Shown: positions 1 through 12,858 of the stretch, in pieces
Layout of the letters: every line of letters starts with the position of its first letter
Numbering within the stretch: position 1 is the first letter of the stretch
Assembly (NCBI RefSeq): GCF_964194025.1
Contig: NC_134474.1
Coordinates: forward strand, 47,554,001 to 47,618,000
Direction of reading: 5' to 3'
From: Convolutriloba macropyga
Taxonomy: Eukaryota
DNA length: 64,000 nt
Translations under genes and position numbers: made by a program
Notes under the pieces: generated by a model
Told to the model about the DNA's origin: nothing
The model's database searches: none
What the model saw: the letters and a program-made list of their open reading frames with translations, nothing else

Positions 1-333
1 CACTAGGCCTGATCTTGATGCGTCTGTTTTGACTCTGGTTTTTCGTCTCGTGTCGTAATGTGTATTTTCGGTTAGGTTACGTATGCATTTCTTTATGTTT
101 TCAAATTGTGTTTGGTGATGGTTGTCCATGCATTTTTCGTATCTTTTTGTAGCAGGTTTCTGAATTCGCGACATAGGGGTGCTAGGTTCGGTATGAATTT
201 CTGAAGGACGCTTCCTAGGAATGACTTTAGTTGTTTGTGTGATGTAGGTGGCTTCAGATTAATTATAGCCTGTGTCTTGGAGACGATTGGTCTAATACTT
301 TTTTGGTCTATTTTGTAGCCGACCCATGTTATC

Positions 334-1734
334 TTATTTTTTTGCGAAATGGCATTTGTTGAGGTTAAATGCCAGATTTTCTTCGTTTAGTCTGTCTAAG
401 CATTTGAATAGTTTTTCTTTATTGTTTTGTAGGCCGCCTCCGGTAACGATGATAATGTCATCTAGAAAACTGAATGTGTTTGTTAGATTGTATAAGGTTT
501 TGTCTATCGCTTTTTGGAATTCTGACGGCATGTCCGTTAGTCCGTAAAATCCGTTATTGAATCGATATGTTCCTGTGGTTTGGCCGCCTATAATATTGAA
601 GTTGCATTGTTTTGCTGTGTTTTCATCTAGTGGTATTTGGCTGTACGCGTAGCGTAAATCTCTTGTTGAGAATAAGATTTCTCCTTCGTCGGACAATTGA
701 GTGATGGTTTGGGCAATGTTGTCCATAAGGCAGTCAATGTTATGCATTTGATATTTGTTTTTATGAATCGCTTTGTTAATTGTTCTCGAGTCCATTGCTA
801 GTTTTTTTGATTTGTCCTTCTTCACTGTGATTACTATCGGTGAAATGAAAAATTCGTCGCTGCATTTTTCTAATCTAGTTATGTGTCCACTGTTCTGTAA
901 ACTTTTTAGTTCTTCTTCGACTTGTTTTTCGAGATGTAGGGGTACGCGTCTTCCCTTTTGGTGGACCGAGGTGTAGTTTGACTTAAATTGTGATTTTACC
1001 TTATGACGTATAGAGCGTCCTATCCTTGTTGTTAAGTTTTTGTATTTAATTGCTACTTCTTCCTTGATTGTGGGGGTTTGGAGTATGTTTATTGAATTGA
1101 TGCTCTTACTTGTAGATGTTGGTGAGTCGTTTTGTGTTAGTTGGATTCCCAGTGGTTTGAACAGGTCCCTTCCTACGATCGCTCGATGTTTTTTTGGGAC
1201 GACTATGATGTCCGCACGTCCTGCCTTCCAGCCGTTGCACTCGATATCGCAGTAAAGTGTTCCTAGATTCTTTATGGGGGCGTTCGTGTAGCTCATCAAT
1301 TTTACTGGGTTTGTTGTTCTGCTCCACCATGTCTTGCTGTCTCTTGCCTCTATGTCCTTCGCCATTTGTTCCGTGACGATACTAGTGGAGCTCCCTGAGT
1401 CAACCATTACCCAGAATTTGCTGTGGCCATACTGTATATGTAGCTTCGATGGTGTTGTGGAGTCGTCTGGTGTTTTCATCATGTTTACTGAGTAGTCATC
1501 TGCGGAGTCGTCGTATGTCGATTGGGTGTCCGGGTTGTGTGTGATCATGTTTATGCCTTGTGATGTTTGGTAAGGTCCTTGATTGTCGATTTGGTTTACC
1601 GATCTACTGGTTGTGGTCTGTTCAGGTTTGATCTGCAGACCTTTGCGAAGTGGTTCTGTTTGTTGCATCGACGGCATGTTTGACCTATTGCTTGGCATTT
1701 TGATCGATGATTCGCCTCCCAGGGTTGGCCGCAA
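334..1734 (-). pseudogene. pol: Gypsy pol fragment (aspartic protease + reverse transcriptase), frameshifted
   Basis: DSG protease motif followed by RT motifs including FLDD; protease-RT order is Ty3/Gypsy-like; premature stop at 334 caused by a poly-A frameshift. Confidence 0.88.
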
Positions 1735-1798
1735 TTTCTACAGTTATGAGTTGATGTTCTTTTGCTGTTGCTGTTCGTTGCTCTGCCATTTCTTCTGG

Positions 1799-2670
1799 TT
1801 ATTCCTCGGTATGTTGATAGGGGTCTATTTGAACCGCAGTAGCGTGAGCTGGAAATTTCATGACTTGTTCGTCTCGTCCGATGAATGGGTTGGTCGATGT
1901 ATCCGATGGTTGTCTTGCCTGGATGGCTAATTGGCTTCTAATGCCTGATTCGATGCTTACTGCTAGTCTTAGGGCCTTTTCTGGGGTGAGGGTTGTTTTC
2001 AAGAGTTCTTTTTGTATTTCTTGATCTATCATATTTGCGGTAAATATGTCCCTAAGTAGTTCGTCTTCTAGGTCCGCTAGTTGGCAACGTTTGGCTAGTA
2101 ACCTGAGTGCGGAGTGGAATTGTTCCATCGTTTCGCCTCTGTGTTGTTTGCCAGTCAAAAGTAGATATCTATCGAAGGTTACAATTCTTGGGCGGATGAA
2201 CGTTTGTTCTTTTTCTTCCCACAGCTCCATTGTGGATTTTGCTTCTACGTTAGTGTGGGGGAACTTTCTTGCATGCATTTTTCGTCCTTCGATTCCGAGG
2301 CTGAGGTAGATCAGAGATTTGGCTTTTCTGTCTGCCATGTCCCATGGCTTATCGCCGCATGAGACTTCTAATCGATCGATTTGGTTGCATTCGTTCTTCC
2401 ATTTGGCTATTGCCTGGTTGTACCTTGTCATTCGTTCCCGTTCCATTGTTTGTGTTGGATTTGGGACGGGTTGTTCCTCTACTGGTTCTGGAGGGCATAT
2501 GACTGTTGTCGGTCTCTCTTGGAGTAGTTCATCCAGTTCGATGTTTGTCTTGGCGACGAGGGTCATTTTGAGCTGTCTCCTCCATTTCTCCCATGTGATT
2601 GGTGGGTTACTGCTGGGTTTGTCCCAGAAGGTTTCAGGTCCGTGCGTCCTATTTTGTCTGACTGCGCCAT
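1799..2670 (-). pseudogene. gag: Gypsy gag fragment
   Basis: FWDKPSSNPPITWEKWR and QHRGETMEQFHSALRLLAKRC..LLRDIF retrotransposon gag-like motifs; frameshifts near 2650 and ~1860. Confidence 0.8.
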
Positions 2671-5670
2671 GTTGTGCTCGATATCCTGAACGCTGGTTGT
2701 AGGTTTCAATGTAAAGGCTAAAGCTTTACAAAAGAGATTCAGTGACGACTGTTAATTACTCGTGATAAGGCAGACTGCAGTTAGGCAGTTCGCTCTCAAT
2801 GTATTGTGCCAGCTCAAGATTGCAACGACCTGTCACTGATAAAGTCAATCGTGGCACGATTGAATGATATGAGAAACAAAAGTTTATATACGTACCGCTT
2901 TTCATTGGTTAATAATTTAATGCACTAATGTTGGTATGAGTGGTGAATNNNNNNNNNNNNNNNNNNNNNNNNNNNNNNNNNNNNNNNNNNNNNNNNNNNN
3001 NNNNNNNNNNNNNNNNNNNNNNNNNNNNNNNNNNNNNNNNNNNNNNNNNNNNNNNNNNNNNNNNNNNNNNNNNNNNNNNNNNNNNNNNNNNNNNNNNNNN
3101 NNNNNNNNNNNNNNNNNNNNNNNNNNNNNNNNNNNNNNNNNNNNNNNNNNNNNNNNNNNNNNNNNNNNNNNNNNNNNNNNNNNNNNNNNNNNNNNNNNNN
3201 NNNNNNNNNNNNNNNNNNCGCCCTCTCATTCTTTTTCTAATTTTGTGATCTTGTGAAAGCTCTAAATCTTTTTGCTATAGGTTTAAACAGAGAACTGAGA
3301 TCTTTGTTGATGAGTTTGCCGAATTCATATTTAGCTTTGAGAACAACGAAATCGGAGCGGATACAAAGATCACATCGGACTCTCAAATTAAGTAAAAAAT
3401 GTCGACAAGGAAAAGTAAATGGTTGAAAGGTTGAGCAAATAATTTTTCTTTAACTCGTTTTCATAATTAAATTGCGTAAGTAGACTAGAAGAGTTTAGTG
3501 CTGGATTAAAAACTGTTTCGTTAAAATAGGATTGCCCGTTTCTTAGGATTGCCAGTTAAAATAGGATCTTCCGGATTGCCAGTTTCTCTTTTTGGGGTCA
3601 GAGCGCATTCGCAGTTTTACTCTTAACAACACTTGTGCTTCAGCCGGTTGGTATGTAATTGGTACGGTTTCGTCTGACACAATCAGCCCTGTCCCACCCC
3701 ACCGTCTTATAAAAAGTAATGGCAAGTTGCCTTGTTTATATAATTCATCTTCTACCTTTAACAAAAGCTGTGAATACCAAGTGTGCTGTTTCAGACCTGA
3801 ATTCAGTATGAAAAAATTCATTTCTAAATTAACTTTAGGAAATTTGTTATTTCAATAAAAACCTTAACAATTAAGTATATCTGCTCAAAAAAAACAAAAT
3901 TTGTAAATAATCCACTCATAGAGTTTCATAAATAACTCACGTGCTCTTCTAAGTGATATAGAAGTTATTTGAAGCGTTTATGTATGACATTTATGTATGA
4001 GCACAAACAGATAACTTAGCCCTATTTAAGAAAAACGACAAAAAACAACGAAAAATTTGTAAGACATCTTCGGTATGTTTAGTTTCAATCGTAAGAAAGC
4101 TTTGGTACGTTCAGTTTGTTAGGTTACGAACAAATACAAATTTCATTGAACGGATATAATTTTCATGATTATTTTTGATTCCAAAAAATTCACCAATTTG
4201 TTGAACATTGATGAGAGTTCGGTTGATTAATTCACTTTCACTCAGTTTTGACACACTTTCTCGCGATTTACAAGCGAAGTTTTTACGGCTGGTTACATTT
4301 AAAACCGACCATTTTTGTTCGGTTTGCTGGACTAACCCGCTTTCAAACCCCAGAATATAAAAGTTCCTGATATTTGCTGTAACGACACCAACCTTCTCTT
4401 ACGTTTAAAAACATCACGATACCAAATCTATCTTACGTTCAAAAAATAGATAATACCGAAACTCTCTTATGGTAAATACCGAACAAAAACGACGTTACCG
4501 ACGGAGAAATCACGAGGATTTTCGTCGTTGTTGACTGGAATAAGACAAAGATACCGAAGCTTTTTTATGTTTAGAAACCGAAGATTTCTCAAGTAGGGAG
4601 CTGCTGCTAATTTCCGAACTTCTTGATTTGGTAAAGTTTTTTATCAGAGAGTTTTTGTGTAATGCGGCACAGTTGGTTTTGTTGACGCTAACTTTAATAG
4701 GGAATGCATACATAAAATTGGGGCAAAATCGAATTTTTCCTAGGAACTTTTTTAATATTTTGCGACATGCCGCTCTCATGCATTTCTTCATGCCACTCTC
4801 TTGGGTCCTCACGAATCCGCCTCAAAATCGCGTGACTTTTACTGCTCTGTGTCAATCTCCCAATCTTGTCGAGTTAGAGTGCCAATGTTATATTTCCTCC
4901 TTGGGGATGTTCGTGGTGATACTCTACGCCTGCAAATTGAAAAACTGTTACTTGGTGAAAATGTCCTACCGCGTTTTTAGAGCCACTCCCGTGTCTGCAG
5001 GAAGCAAAAAGCATATCAGAAGCAGCTAGTTTGTGCCAAAAAACTGGGTGAAGAAATCTTGTGTTTCTGTCATTCAGTGTTTAATTTGGCAGATATCTGC
5101 TCTGGATACGTCACCGGAAATCTTCATATACCTTTGCTTCCTCTTTTTCATCAAAGTGAATTTCTGGTTTTTATCATTCTCCCAAATCGTCACATTTTTA
5201 TCCTTTTTATTTCGTCTTCAGTTTAAAGTTTGTTGGTTTTGGTTTCCTATATCGATCAAATTGTCGGTTTTCCTTGAAGATCTGAAATGCTCTGATGGTC
5301 CAGTTTGTTGCTGCTGCACAGATGTGTTCCGCTAAACTCTTCTTTCTGGTATGAGAGATTCATCACTGATCAAACCGCATGAGTCCCTTCACTGATGGTT
5401 AATGAAGACCATTTGCAGACACTAAGGTCATAGTATGCTGCTCAAAACTTGTCCTTAGCATAACCCAAATCCATTCTGAGGTGAAATAAAATCTTGGTTT
5501 TTGGTGAAATTGAAAGCTAAGCCTGTTAAACTGGTAGAGCTTACTTTTATCTGCCTTATATGCACTGTCTCTTTGAATTTTTTACTGTGAAAACACGACA
5601 AGCCTGCGCAAAGCATCTGCCTGAGGTACAGGCTGTCGTCCTTCCCGGGCCAAGGTGTCCACCCGTATTC

Positions 5671-5880
5671 CACCGTTATTAAGCAATAATAAGGGTGTAA
5701 AGCAATTTCCACTCTTAAATAGCGGGGAAAAGAGTGCAAGAATGTAATTTTGAGAAAATTACACTGTTTTACACTCTTTACTCCACTCTTTACACTCTTT
5801 ACTCCACTCTTTTTAATAACCCCAGTAAAATTACACTTTAAAATGGAATTCCACCCTTATTAAGGGTAGCACTAACGGTG
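5671..5880. mobile_element. MITE-like element with imperfect TIRs (caccgtta...taacggtg)
   Basis: Ends are reverse complements over ~40-50 bp (caccgtta..taataagggtg..ttcca); internal tacactcttt repeats; no clear TSD. Confidence 0.5.
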
Positions 5881-8806
5881 TAAAAATATTATTTTACACT
5901 TTTTACACACTATTCCCCGTTATTTTTGGGCAAAATCCTCGGCCCGGGTTTGTACTTCAACTCGAAGTAACTACCAATCTAGTGATTCGTCTCGCAGCGT
6001 TGAGGAACTCAATGTTTTTGGCTCCTTTTTTTGAATAGCCTTGCAAGAAAGAGAATATAAAACAAAAAATTTCACTAAATAATTGCATTAACCGAGTTCT
6101 TAACTAATTTTTGGGGCATATTTGGTTCCCATTTCTCTCTAGGGCCATGGAACCTATTTAATAACCCCATATTATCCAAAACAACCGGATGACAATATAA
6201 TTATTGACCACCTAGATTATGCCTAATTTGCTAAAAATTTACCGTTTCTAGTATCTTAAGGATGAACTTTCATAGTCAGATAATACTGTAAAGAAGTAAA
6301 TTATTTAGTGTTGTTTGTATATGTACTCAGCACAACACCAACAAACGTGCAAACTTGACATGGAGACGTTAGGTATCAGTAAATATTTACGCAGAACAAA
6401 CACAAACCCGAGGTACAGATGGAGGAACTGAGGAACCCAAGACCAAAACACCACAAAAAACTCAGTTGATCAAAACTCTTTCTATTATTTGAAACGTTTT
6501 CTTTCCTGAAACCTTGTCGGATAAGCAAGACAACTTTTTTAGGATTTTTTCCGCTATCGCCCCCAGCCCTATATAACCGTAATTTAGGCACCCACAAAAA
6601 TTAATGTTTTGCGCCCTTCTGAGAAGACTTTCTGTTTTCATAATAACCTTCCCGGTATAATACATCAACAGCCTTTTATGTAACAATTTTCGAAAAAATA
6701 TAGTAATAGGCAGTTTTACAAAGCTTGTAATAGCTAAAAACTCTATAAGCAAAAATTTCTGATTGATGTTTACATTATATGCAGTGACTTATTTCTATAC
6801 ACATAATGTGGCCGCTGCGTTTAGCAAATCATTTCAAGGCCATATCAAGCAGCGCGGTTAAAATCGCATGACAAGAAAAATTTAATGCAACATTCTATTG
6901 AAGCCAAATTGATTGTTCACATTTGTCAAAATTTATTTTTAAAAATATTATTAGTACGCAAATATCGTCAATGAAATGAAAAATCAGACTACACCAATAT
7001 CAGCGAATCATAATTCTCACGTATTCTTGAATTACTAAATCGAATCTATTTTTACTGCAACAAATTGAGCTGAAAAAGAATAAGAGATACCGAATTTGTT
7101 ATGCCAATTAGAGTGAATTTCGCGACATTCATACCCGTTCAGAGAAAGCTGGGCACCGTATAAGGTGTCTTGAACGCCTAACTCAATATATTCAGAAAAT
7201 TTTACGATCTAGTCATTTCTATAAGATCAACACTTCGAAATTGACAAGTAAAACAGTTTAGACAGAGCTTAAAAAACTACCAAAAACCATTTGAAACTCG
7301 TTAGTTTTGTCTCATTAAACGGACATGCACTGCGTATTGACGCACAATTTATTGAGCGGTAAATTGTTTCTAACTCTGTCTGGTTTCTGTAGCTCATGTT
7401 GGTGATTGTACAGTTTAAATAACTTTGATTTGTTGAAAAGAGAATTAAATTTGATAATCTCAATCTTTCCTTTTGAGGAACAAAAACCCCAGTAAGAGAA
7501 ATTTTGTGCAAAGTAAAAACTCAAATTCTTTTACTGGCTTCACCCTAGCTTAGCATAGTTTCATTACTGGAATTATTGAAGCCTGTTGAGAACAAAATCT
7601 TTGGTTATAAGAATTTTTATCATTTTTGTTGGATTTGCGTCCTATAAGATCTCTCTTTTAACAACTGCTAATTGTAGCAGGTTGAAAGTTCGCAACAAAA
7701 TGGCCATGTTATAGGGCTAAAACCATTTGGAACGTGAATTTCTAATAATGGTTCAAAAGTGGTGTTAATAACAAAATTTCAAGCAAAATTTGATTGTTTC
7801 AATTTGAATTATTTTTTATTCTGGGCGAAACAAGTTTGTTGAAACAGCAAAGCTAAACAATTTGTTATTGGGCTAAATGATTGTCATCTAATGCAACGGT
7901 AATCTACATTACAACAGATAATACAGTTCACAAAAGCTAAGCTAGCTGCAAAAACGTAATATGGGGGCCGATTTGAAACCGTTGAAGCGAACTGGACGGT
8001 GTAAAGCCGTTACACAAATTATTTTCAAATCTCCGCTTTAGTAGTTTTTTTAAATTGACTATTCACATTTATGCATACGTAATCACTCATTGCATACAAA
8101 ATAATCAAGCGGGTACAAATGGGGTTGCCTAATTTACTGGGGGGGGGGGGGCTAGCGAAAATGATGTTAATAGTTAACAACTTGAAGAAATCTTCCTAAA
8201 ATTCTGTTGCTCGATATTTTCTTCAATATAAAGTGACTACTCCATAGTAAAATTTTAGATATTAAGCGGATAGCACTCTTCCAATGCCGCTCAAATAAGC
8301 TAACCGTTATATCCGATACTATCCGCTGATACAAGTTGTTTGCTTTAGTTGTCTTAAAACAACTAAATTTTTGGACGAAGTGCGTTTGTAAAATCAATGC
8401 GTAACAGTTTTACAAAAGGGTTCGAATAATACCAGTTGTCAAAACTTTCACAAACTAACTTTGCTACAGCTGATTATGATCAGAGAAGCTTGATGCTTGA
8501 CTTGTGGTTTCACATCTTGATCTTTTTTGATTATTAACCTAATTCTGGACTTTGAATTGGTTCAGCACTACCGAAGTTCATAGTTACAATAATTGCACCA
8601 CCGTGATTCCAGTATTGCAGTGAACTTGTTACCGCAATAATACCAAAGACAAGTATACGCACTTTCATGAGATATTATAAGAACCTTGTATTTACCAAGA
8701 ACCCGAGTTTAAGCCCACTAATTTAGCCCAGACTCTTAATCGCAAGCCGGGCCTGTGAGAACTGTATACGCAAAATAAACTACTGTTAACTGCAATTCTC
8801 TTTCAG

Positions 8807-9057
8807 GCAACAAGTTTGAGCTTCCTGACTCAGGCAGTTCCTCAGTGAGTTCTCTGAGTTTCGCTTCCAACACAGCAGTGGCTGGCAAGTGGTTCTATGA
8901 ATTGGACCAGACAGTTGCAGCCAATGTGGTAGAGGGAACCAGGGCACCCGCTTGTACTCCCCTCTCTACTATTACACCCCCTACTCCACCCACAACTACC
9001 ACATATTCGTCCACATCTGAATCTACAATGAACTCCTCATCCGCGACAACAAATGGG
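8807..9057 (+). CDS. NIDO-domain protein, internal exon: end of a NIDO domain plus Thr/Ser/Pro-rich linker
   Basis: tttcag acceptor (phase 1). NKFELPDSGSSSVSSLSFASNTAVAGKWFYELD matches the NIDO C-terminal PGS..SN..GRWxFxxD pattern. ggg|gtcagt donor, phase 0. Confidence 0.75.
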
Positions 9058-9934
9058 GTCAGTTTTAGAGAAAAATTTATTCCTTCTGAACTATGCTATT
9101 TGTTATATCGCTTCGTACGTTTGCAGCCCATTATTACGAAGAAGATTTCCAAGATTTTGATGAGAGAACGTAATTTGAATTTCTGAGTCCGTGAACGAGA
9201 GCTTGAACCTGAAAGTGGTCATTATGAGCCAGTACCCAAACCATTAATGTTGCGCTAATTTGTGCAAATTAACAATTTGTGGAACCAATTAGTATAATCG
9301 TTTATTTCTTGGCATATTTTGCAAAATTGGAATTGCTTCTTAACATTTCTTAGGGTTTATTTTCGGAAAAGTGTCATAGCTCTAAACTCAAACTTAGTGA
9401 CGAATTTCCCTGTGCTTGGATTTTGAGCAATATCCATTTCACTATCTTGTGCACTAGTCATTGCAAGCGTCTACCAGTATCAAATTTTTTTTCTTTCTAT
9501 TTAAAAATCGTAATGGAATAAACACGCTTATACTTAATCTTTTTTAACTGATCTGTAATATTTTGTAGTACCCAGAAGTTGAGTTCAGAGAGTCTTAATT
9601 TGGTGCAATGGTGGTTGATTAAAAATGTTAACAGTTAACCTTGATCAGATGCCCAGATTACCAACCTATTGGATGACATTTGCTTTTTTGGTTCTTTGAT
9701 AGTCAGTCAAATTGGATGATATCCCCTCTATCCCCTCTCATTGGGTAGAAAGAACTCATTGATGAATACGCGCGTTTTTCTAACTTTCCGCTCATTGGGC
9801 GATTATAGTATTGGGGTTATTTGTCCCCTCTCGTGGGATGGCAACAGTTGTTGAGCCTCTCCCCTCCGTTTGAGCGAGCAATGATGATCCCGCAACTTGC
9901 TGCTTTATCACTCCTATAAAAAAATTGACTTTGC

Positions 9935-10033
9935 TCATAATCAAACTGACGATCTGAATTCTTGCATTGACTATGACAGTTTTGTAGCCGATGCGTCTTT
10001 TGTTATAACTTGGTATAAAATTGGCGATCTGTA
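9935..10033 (+). pseudogene. Intronic relic of a NIDO exon
   Basis: Translates QTDDLNSCIDYDSFVADASFVITWYKIGDL*, paralogous to QTEELNSCVDDDHFKADAAFVVTWYKVGDL in the live exon. Confidence 0.75.
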
Positions 10034-10245
10034 ATACTCACTTAATTTATACTTATTCATTTTACTTGATCTCCAATACGTACTTATAATACTTATGTAT
10101 ACTTTAATCCTTTCAATTTTATTTAACTGCCATGTTCTGTGAAGTTGTTAGCATGTTTCTGTACCGGTGGTTGATGCTGGCAATGGTAGCACGCTTAATG
10201 TTAAACTAAAAAGGCAGTTTTTAGACTACAACTCGCAGTTTTTAG

Positions 10246-10891
10246 ACTACAACAACTACTCAGTCCTCAGCCAACGCAGACTCAATGTCAGATGGTATCA
10301 TCACAGGAGAGGAAGCAGGAAATCCAGCGGCCGCCGATTTTGGACCATTAGCTGGCGACACAATCTACGACCCAGCTAATTCCTCCATTTCTGGAGAAAT
10401 TCCACTTGAAGACTTGTCATTCAAATTCGGGGACCTCTCTATCGACTCGTTGACCATCGGGTTCAATGGATATATTATAGAAGGAAGTTGTTCCAGTCAA
10501 GCTTTAGAACCCTCCGACTTCGATGACTCCACGCAGGTTATGATAGCAGGCGGGATGATGTCTTATACCAATCCGGGCGTTGCAGACGAGTTTAAAAACA
10601 AGATCTATTTCCGCCTTGTTGATGACAATGGACAAACTGAAGAATTGAACTCTTGCGTTGACGATGACCATTTTAAAGCCGATGCGGCTTTTGTAGTAAC
10701 TTGGTATAAAGTCGGAGATCTCGCAAATAATTCGACGTTTACTAATACATTTCAGGTTATAATTGCTTGTGATTTTGATTACAATGACACTGGTTTTCCC
10801 AGGTGTTTTCTGGCTTTCATATTTATGGAGATGAATTATGTGGAAACAGTTGCGGACTTCATCAGAGTTGGAATTAATGGACCTGAAAATG
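10246..10891 (+). CDS. NIDO-domain protein, main NIDO exon
   Basis: tttag acceptor, phase 0, in frame with ORF 10285. Motifs IGFNGYI, IYFR, AFVVTWYKV, TNTFQVIIACD, RVGINGPENG are typical of NIDO domains (nidogen, alpha-tectorin, SNED1, MUC4). g|gtaagc donor, phase 1. Confidence 0.85.
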
Positions 10892-11081
10892 GTAAGCTAC
10901 TAAGCTATTTTCTAATAACTTTCAACAATTTTCAGCAACGGCGGGTAAGTTGAACGCTCGCAACAGAATGTCGGTTTCCATTTTTTTAGGATCTGAGTAA
11001 AACTGCTTTTACGTAACTCTTGAAAAATGAGAGTGTCAACTTTTATTGTCCTGTAGTGAATCTGAATCGTTTTCAATGAAT

Positions 11082-11181
11082 ATTACCACACGGTTGTTAT
11101 CGCCACCGAGAAGTTATCAAACTTCGAGGCGAAGCCGAGGTGTTATGATAACTTCGAGGGCGATAACAACCGTATGGTAAT
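11082..11181. mobile_element. 100-bp fold-back (palindromic) element
   Basis: attaccacacggttgttatcgcc pairs with ggcgataacaaccgtatggtaat; inner gaagttatca/tgataacttc; central ggc-gaa-gcc hairpin. Confidence 0.7.
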
Positions 11182-11503
11182 TTTTTTAATCAACACCTGT
11201 TGCGATCATTTCAAAATTGAACACAGTTTTATTGGTTTTTTTATTTTTATTATTTTGTGGACAACTACATTTTCAAAGGTAAGTGATATTTTTTCGGATC
11301 TGTTCTTCGTTTTGTCCTCATGCCTACCCCCNNNNNNNNNNNNNNNNNNNNNNNNNNNNNNNNNNNNNNNNNNNNNNNNNNNNNNNNNNNNNNNNNNNNN
11401 NNNNNNNNNNNNNNNNNNNNNNNNNNNNNNNNNNNNNNNNNNNNNNNNNNNNNNNNNNNNNNNNNNNNNNNNNNNNNNNNNNNNNNNNNNNNNNNNNNNN
11501 NNN

Positions 11504-12460
11504 CACACACAGGCGCACACACACGCAAACTTGTACACACACACGCACACTTACACTCACACACAGACACCCACACACACGTACGCACACGCACACACAC
11601 GTNNNNNNNNNNNNNNNNNNNNNNNNNNNNNNNNNNNNNNNNNNNNNNNNNNNNNNNNNNNNNNNNNNNNNNNNNNNNNNNNNNNNNNNNNNNNNNNNNN
11701 NNNNNNNNNNNNNNNNNNNNNNNNNNNNNNNNNNNNNNNNNNNNNNNNNNNNNNNNNNNNNNNNNNNNNNNNNNNNNNNNNNNNNNNNNNNNNNNNNNNN
11801 NNNNNNNNNNNNNNNNNNNNNNNNNNNNNNNNNNNNNNNNNNNNNNNNNNNNNNNNNNNNNNNNNNNNNNNNNNNNNNNNNNNNNNNNNNNNNNNNNNNN
11901 NNNNNNNNNNNNNNNNNNNNNNNNNNNNNNNNNNNNNNNNNNNNNNNNNNNNNNNNNNNNNNNNNNNNNNNNNNNNNNNNNNNNNNNNNNNNNNNNNNNN
12001 NNNNNNNNNNNNNNNNNNNNNNNNNNNNNNNACACTTACANNNNNNNNNNNNNNNNNNNNNNNNNNNNNNNNNNNNNNNNNNNNNNNNNNNNNNNNNNNN
12101 NNNNNNNNNNNNNNNNNNNNNNNNNNNNNNNNNNNNNNNNNNNNNNNNNNNNNNNNNNNNNNNNNNNNNNNNNNNNNNNNNNNNNNNNNNNNNNNNNNNN
12201 NNNNNNNNNNNNNNNNNNNNNNNNNNNNNNNNNNNNNNNNNNNNNNNNNNNNNNNNNNNNNNNNNNNNNNNNNNNNNNNNNNNNNNNNNNNNNNNNNNNN
12301 NNNNNNNNNNNNNNNNNNNNNNNNNNNNNNNNNNNNNNNNNNNNNNNNNNNNNNNNNNNNNNNNNNNNNNNNNNNNNNNNNNNNNNNNNNNNNNNNACCA
12401 CACATACCGCACACACACCACATACCACACACACAACACACACCACACACACACCACACA
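11504..12460. repeat. CA-rich simple repeat region interrupted by N runs
   Basis: Degenerate (CA)n sequence flanking three N blocks. Confidence 0.8.
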
Positions 12461-12501
12461 AGTTTTTTTAGACTACAATTTTATCAAACTGTTTCCATCA
12501 T

Positions 12502-12588
12502 TAGACTACGAGTTTGTCGCCACTCTTTTATCGCCACTGTTTACTTAGTAACAGTGGCGATAAAAGAGTGTGATAAACTCGTAGTCTA
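12502..12588. mobile_element. 87-bp near-perfect hairpin, MITE-like, TA-bounded
   Basis: tagactacgagtttgtcgccactcttttatcgccactgtt...aacagtggcgataaaagagtgtgataaactcgtagtcta. Confidence 0.7.
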
Positions 12589-12858
12589 TTGCTGAAGGGT
12601 TTTTCCAGTGTCGATCGGGCATTAAAATTTATTACACCGGCATTTTATTTAACTGCTATTATCGCAACAGGTGTTGATTAAAGAAATATATTACTATAAA
12701 CAGTCTACGAGCATAGGAGAGGGTTAATTATCTTTAAGGGGTCTTTGACGAACAAAATCTCGTTGGCCCATACTTTGATCCATTTTACCGCAGCAACCGA
12801 TCGTTCACATTTTGAATTCCAAAAGGTACTGCCCTTACAAGACAGTTGAATACTTACT

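Larger units (their letters stand above)
1..2950 (-). mobile_element. Degenerate Ty3/Gypsy LTR retrotransposon (gag-protease-RT), running off the left window edge
   Basis: Gag-like ORF 1799-2566, with a probable ATG at 2670 one frameshift upstream. Double zinc knuckle CRNCGQPWEANHRSKC..CRRCNKQNHFAKVC at ~1634-1743 in another frame. Protease VMVDSGSSTS. RT motifs SPIVITVKKD, DLRYAYSQI, FYGL, FLDDIII. A frameshift near 334 continues as ITWVGYKIDQK..PPTSHKQLKSFLG. Putative 5' LTR ~2750-2950. Confidence 0.9.

Noticed and set aside
3256-5460. Short ORFs (3543-3821, 4510-5029) as host exons or the missing NIDO 5' exon
   Set aside because: No NIDO or other recognisable motifs and no convincing splice pairs; probably old mobile-element debris.
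11174-12595. Long ORFs containing X runs (also 2909-3256 and 45314-45782)
   Set aside because: Artefacts of N runs and CA repeats.
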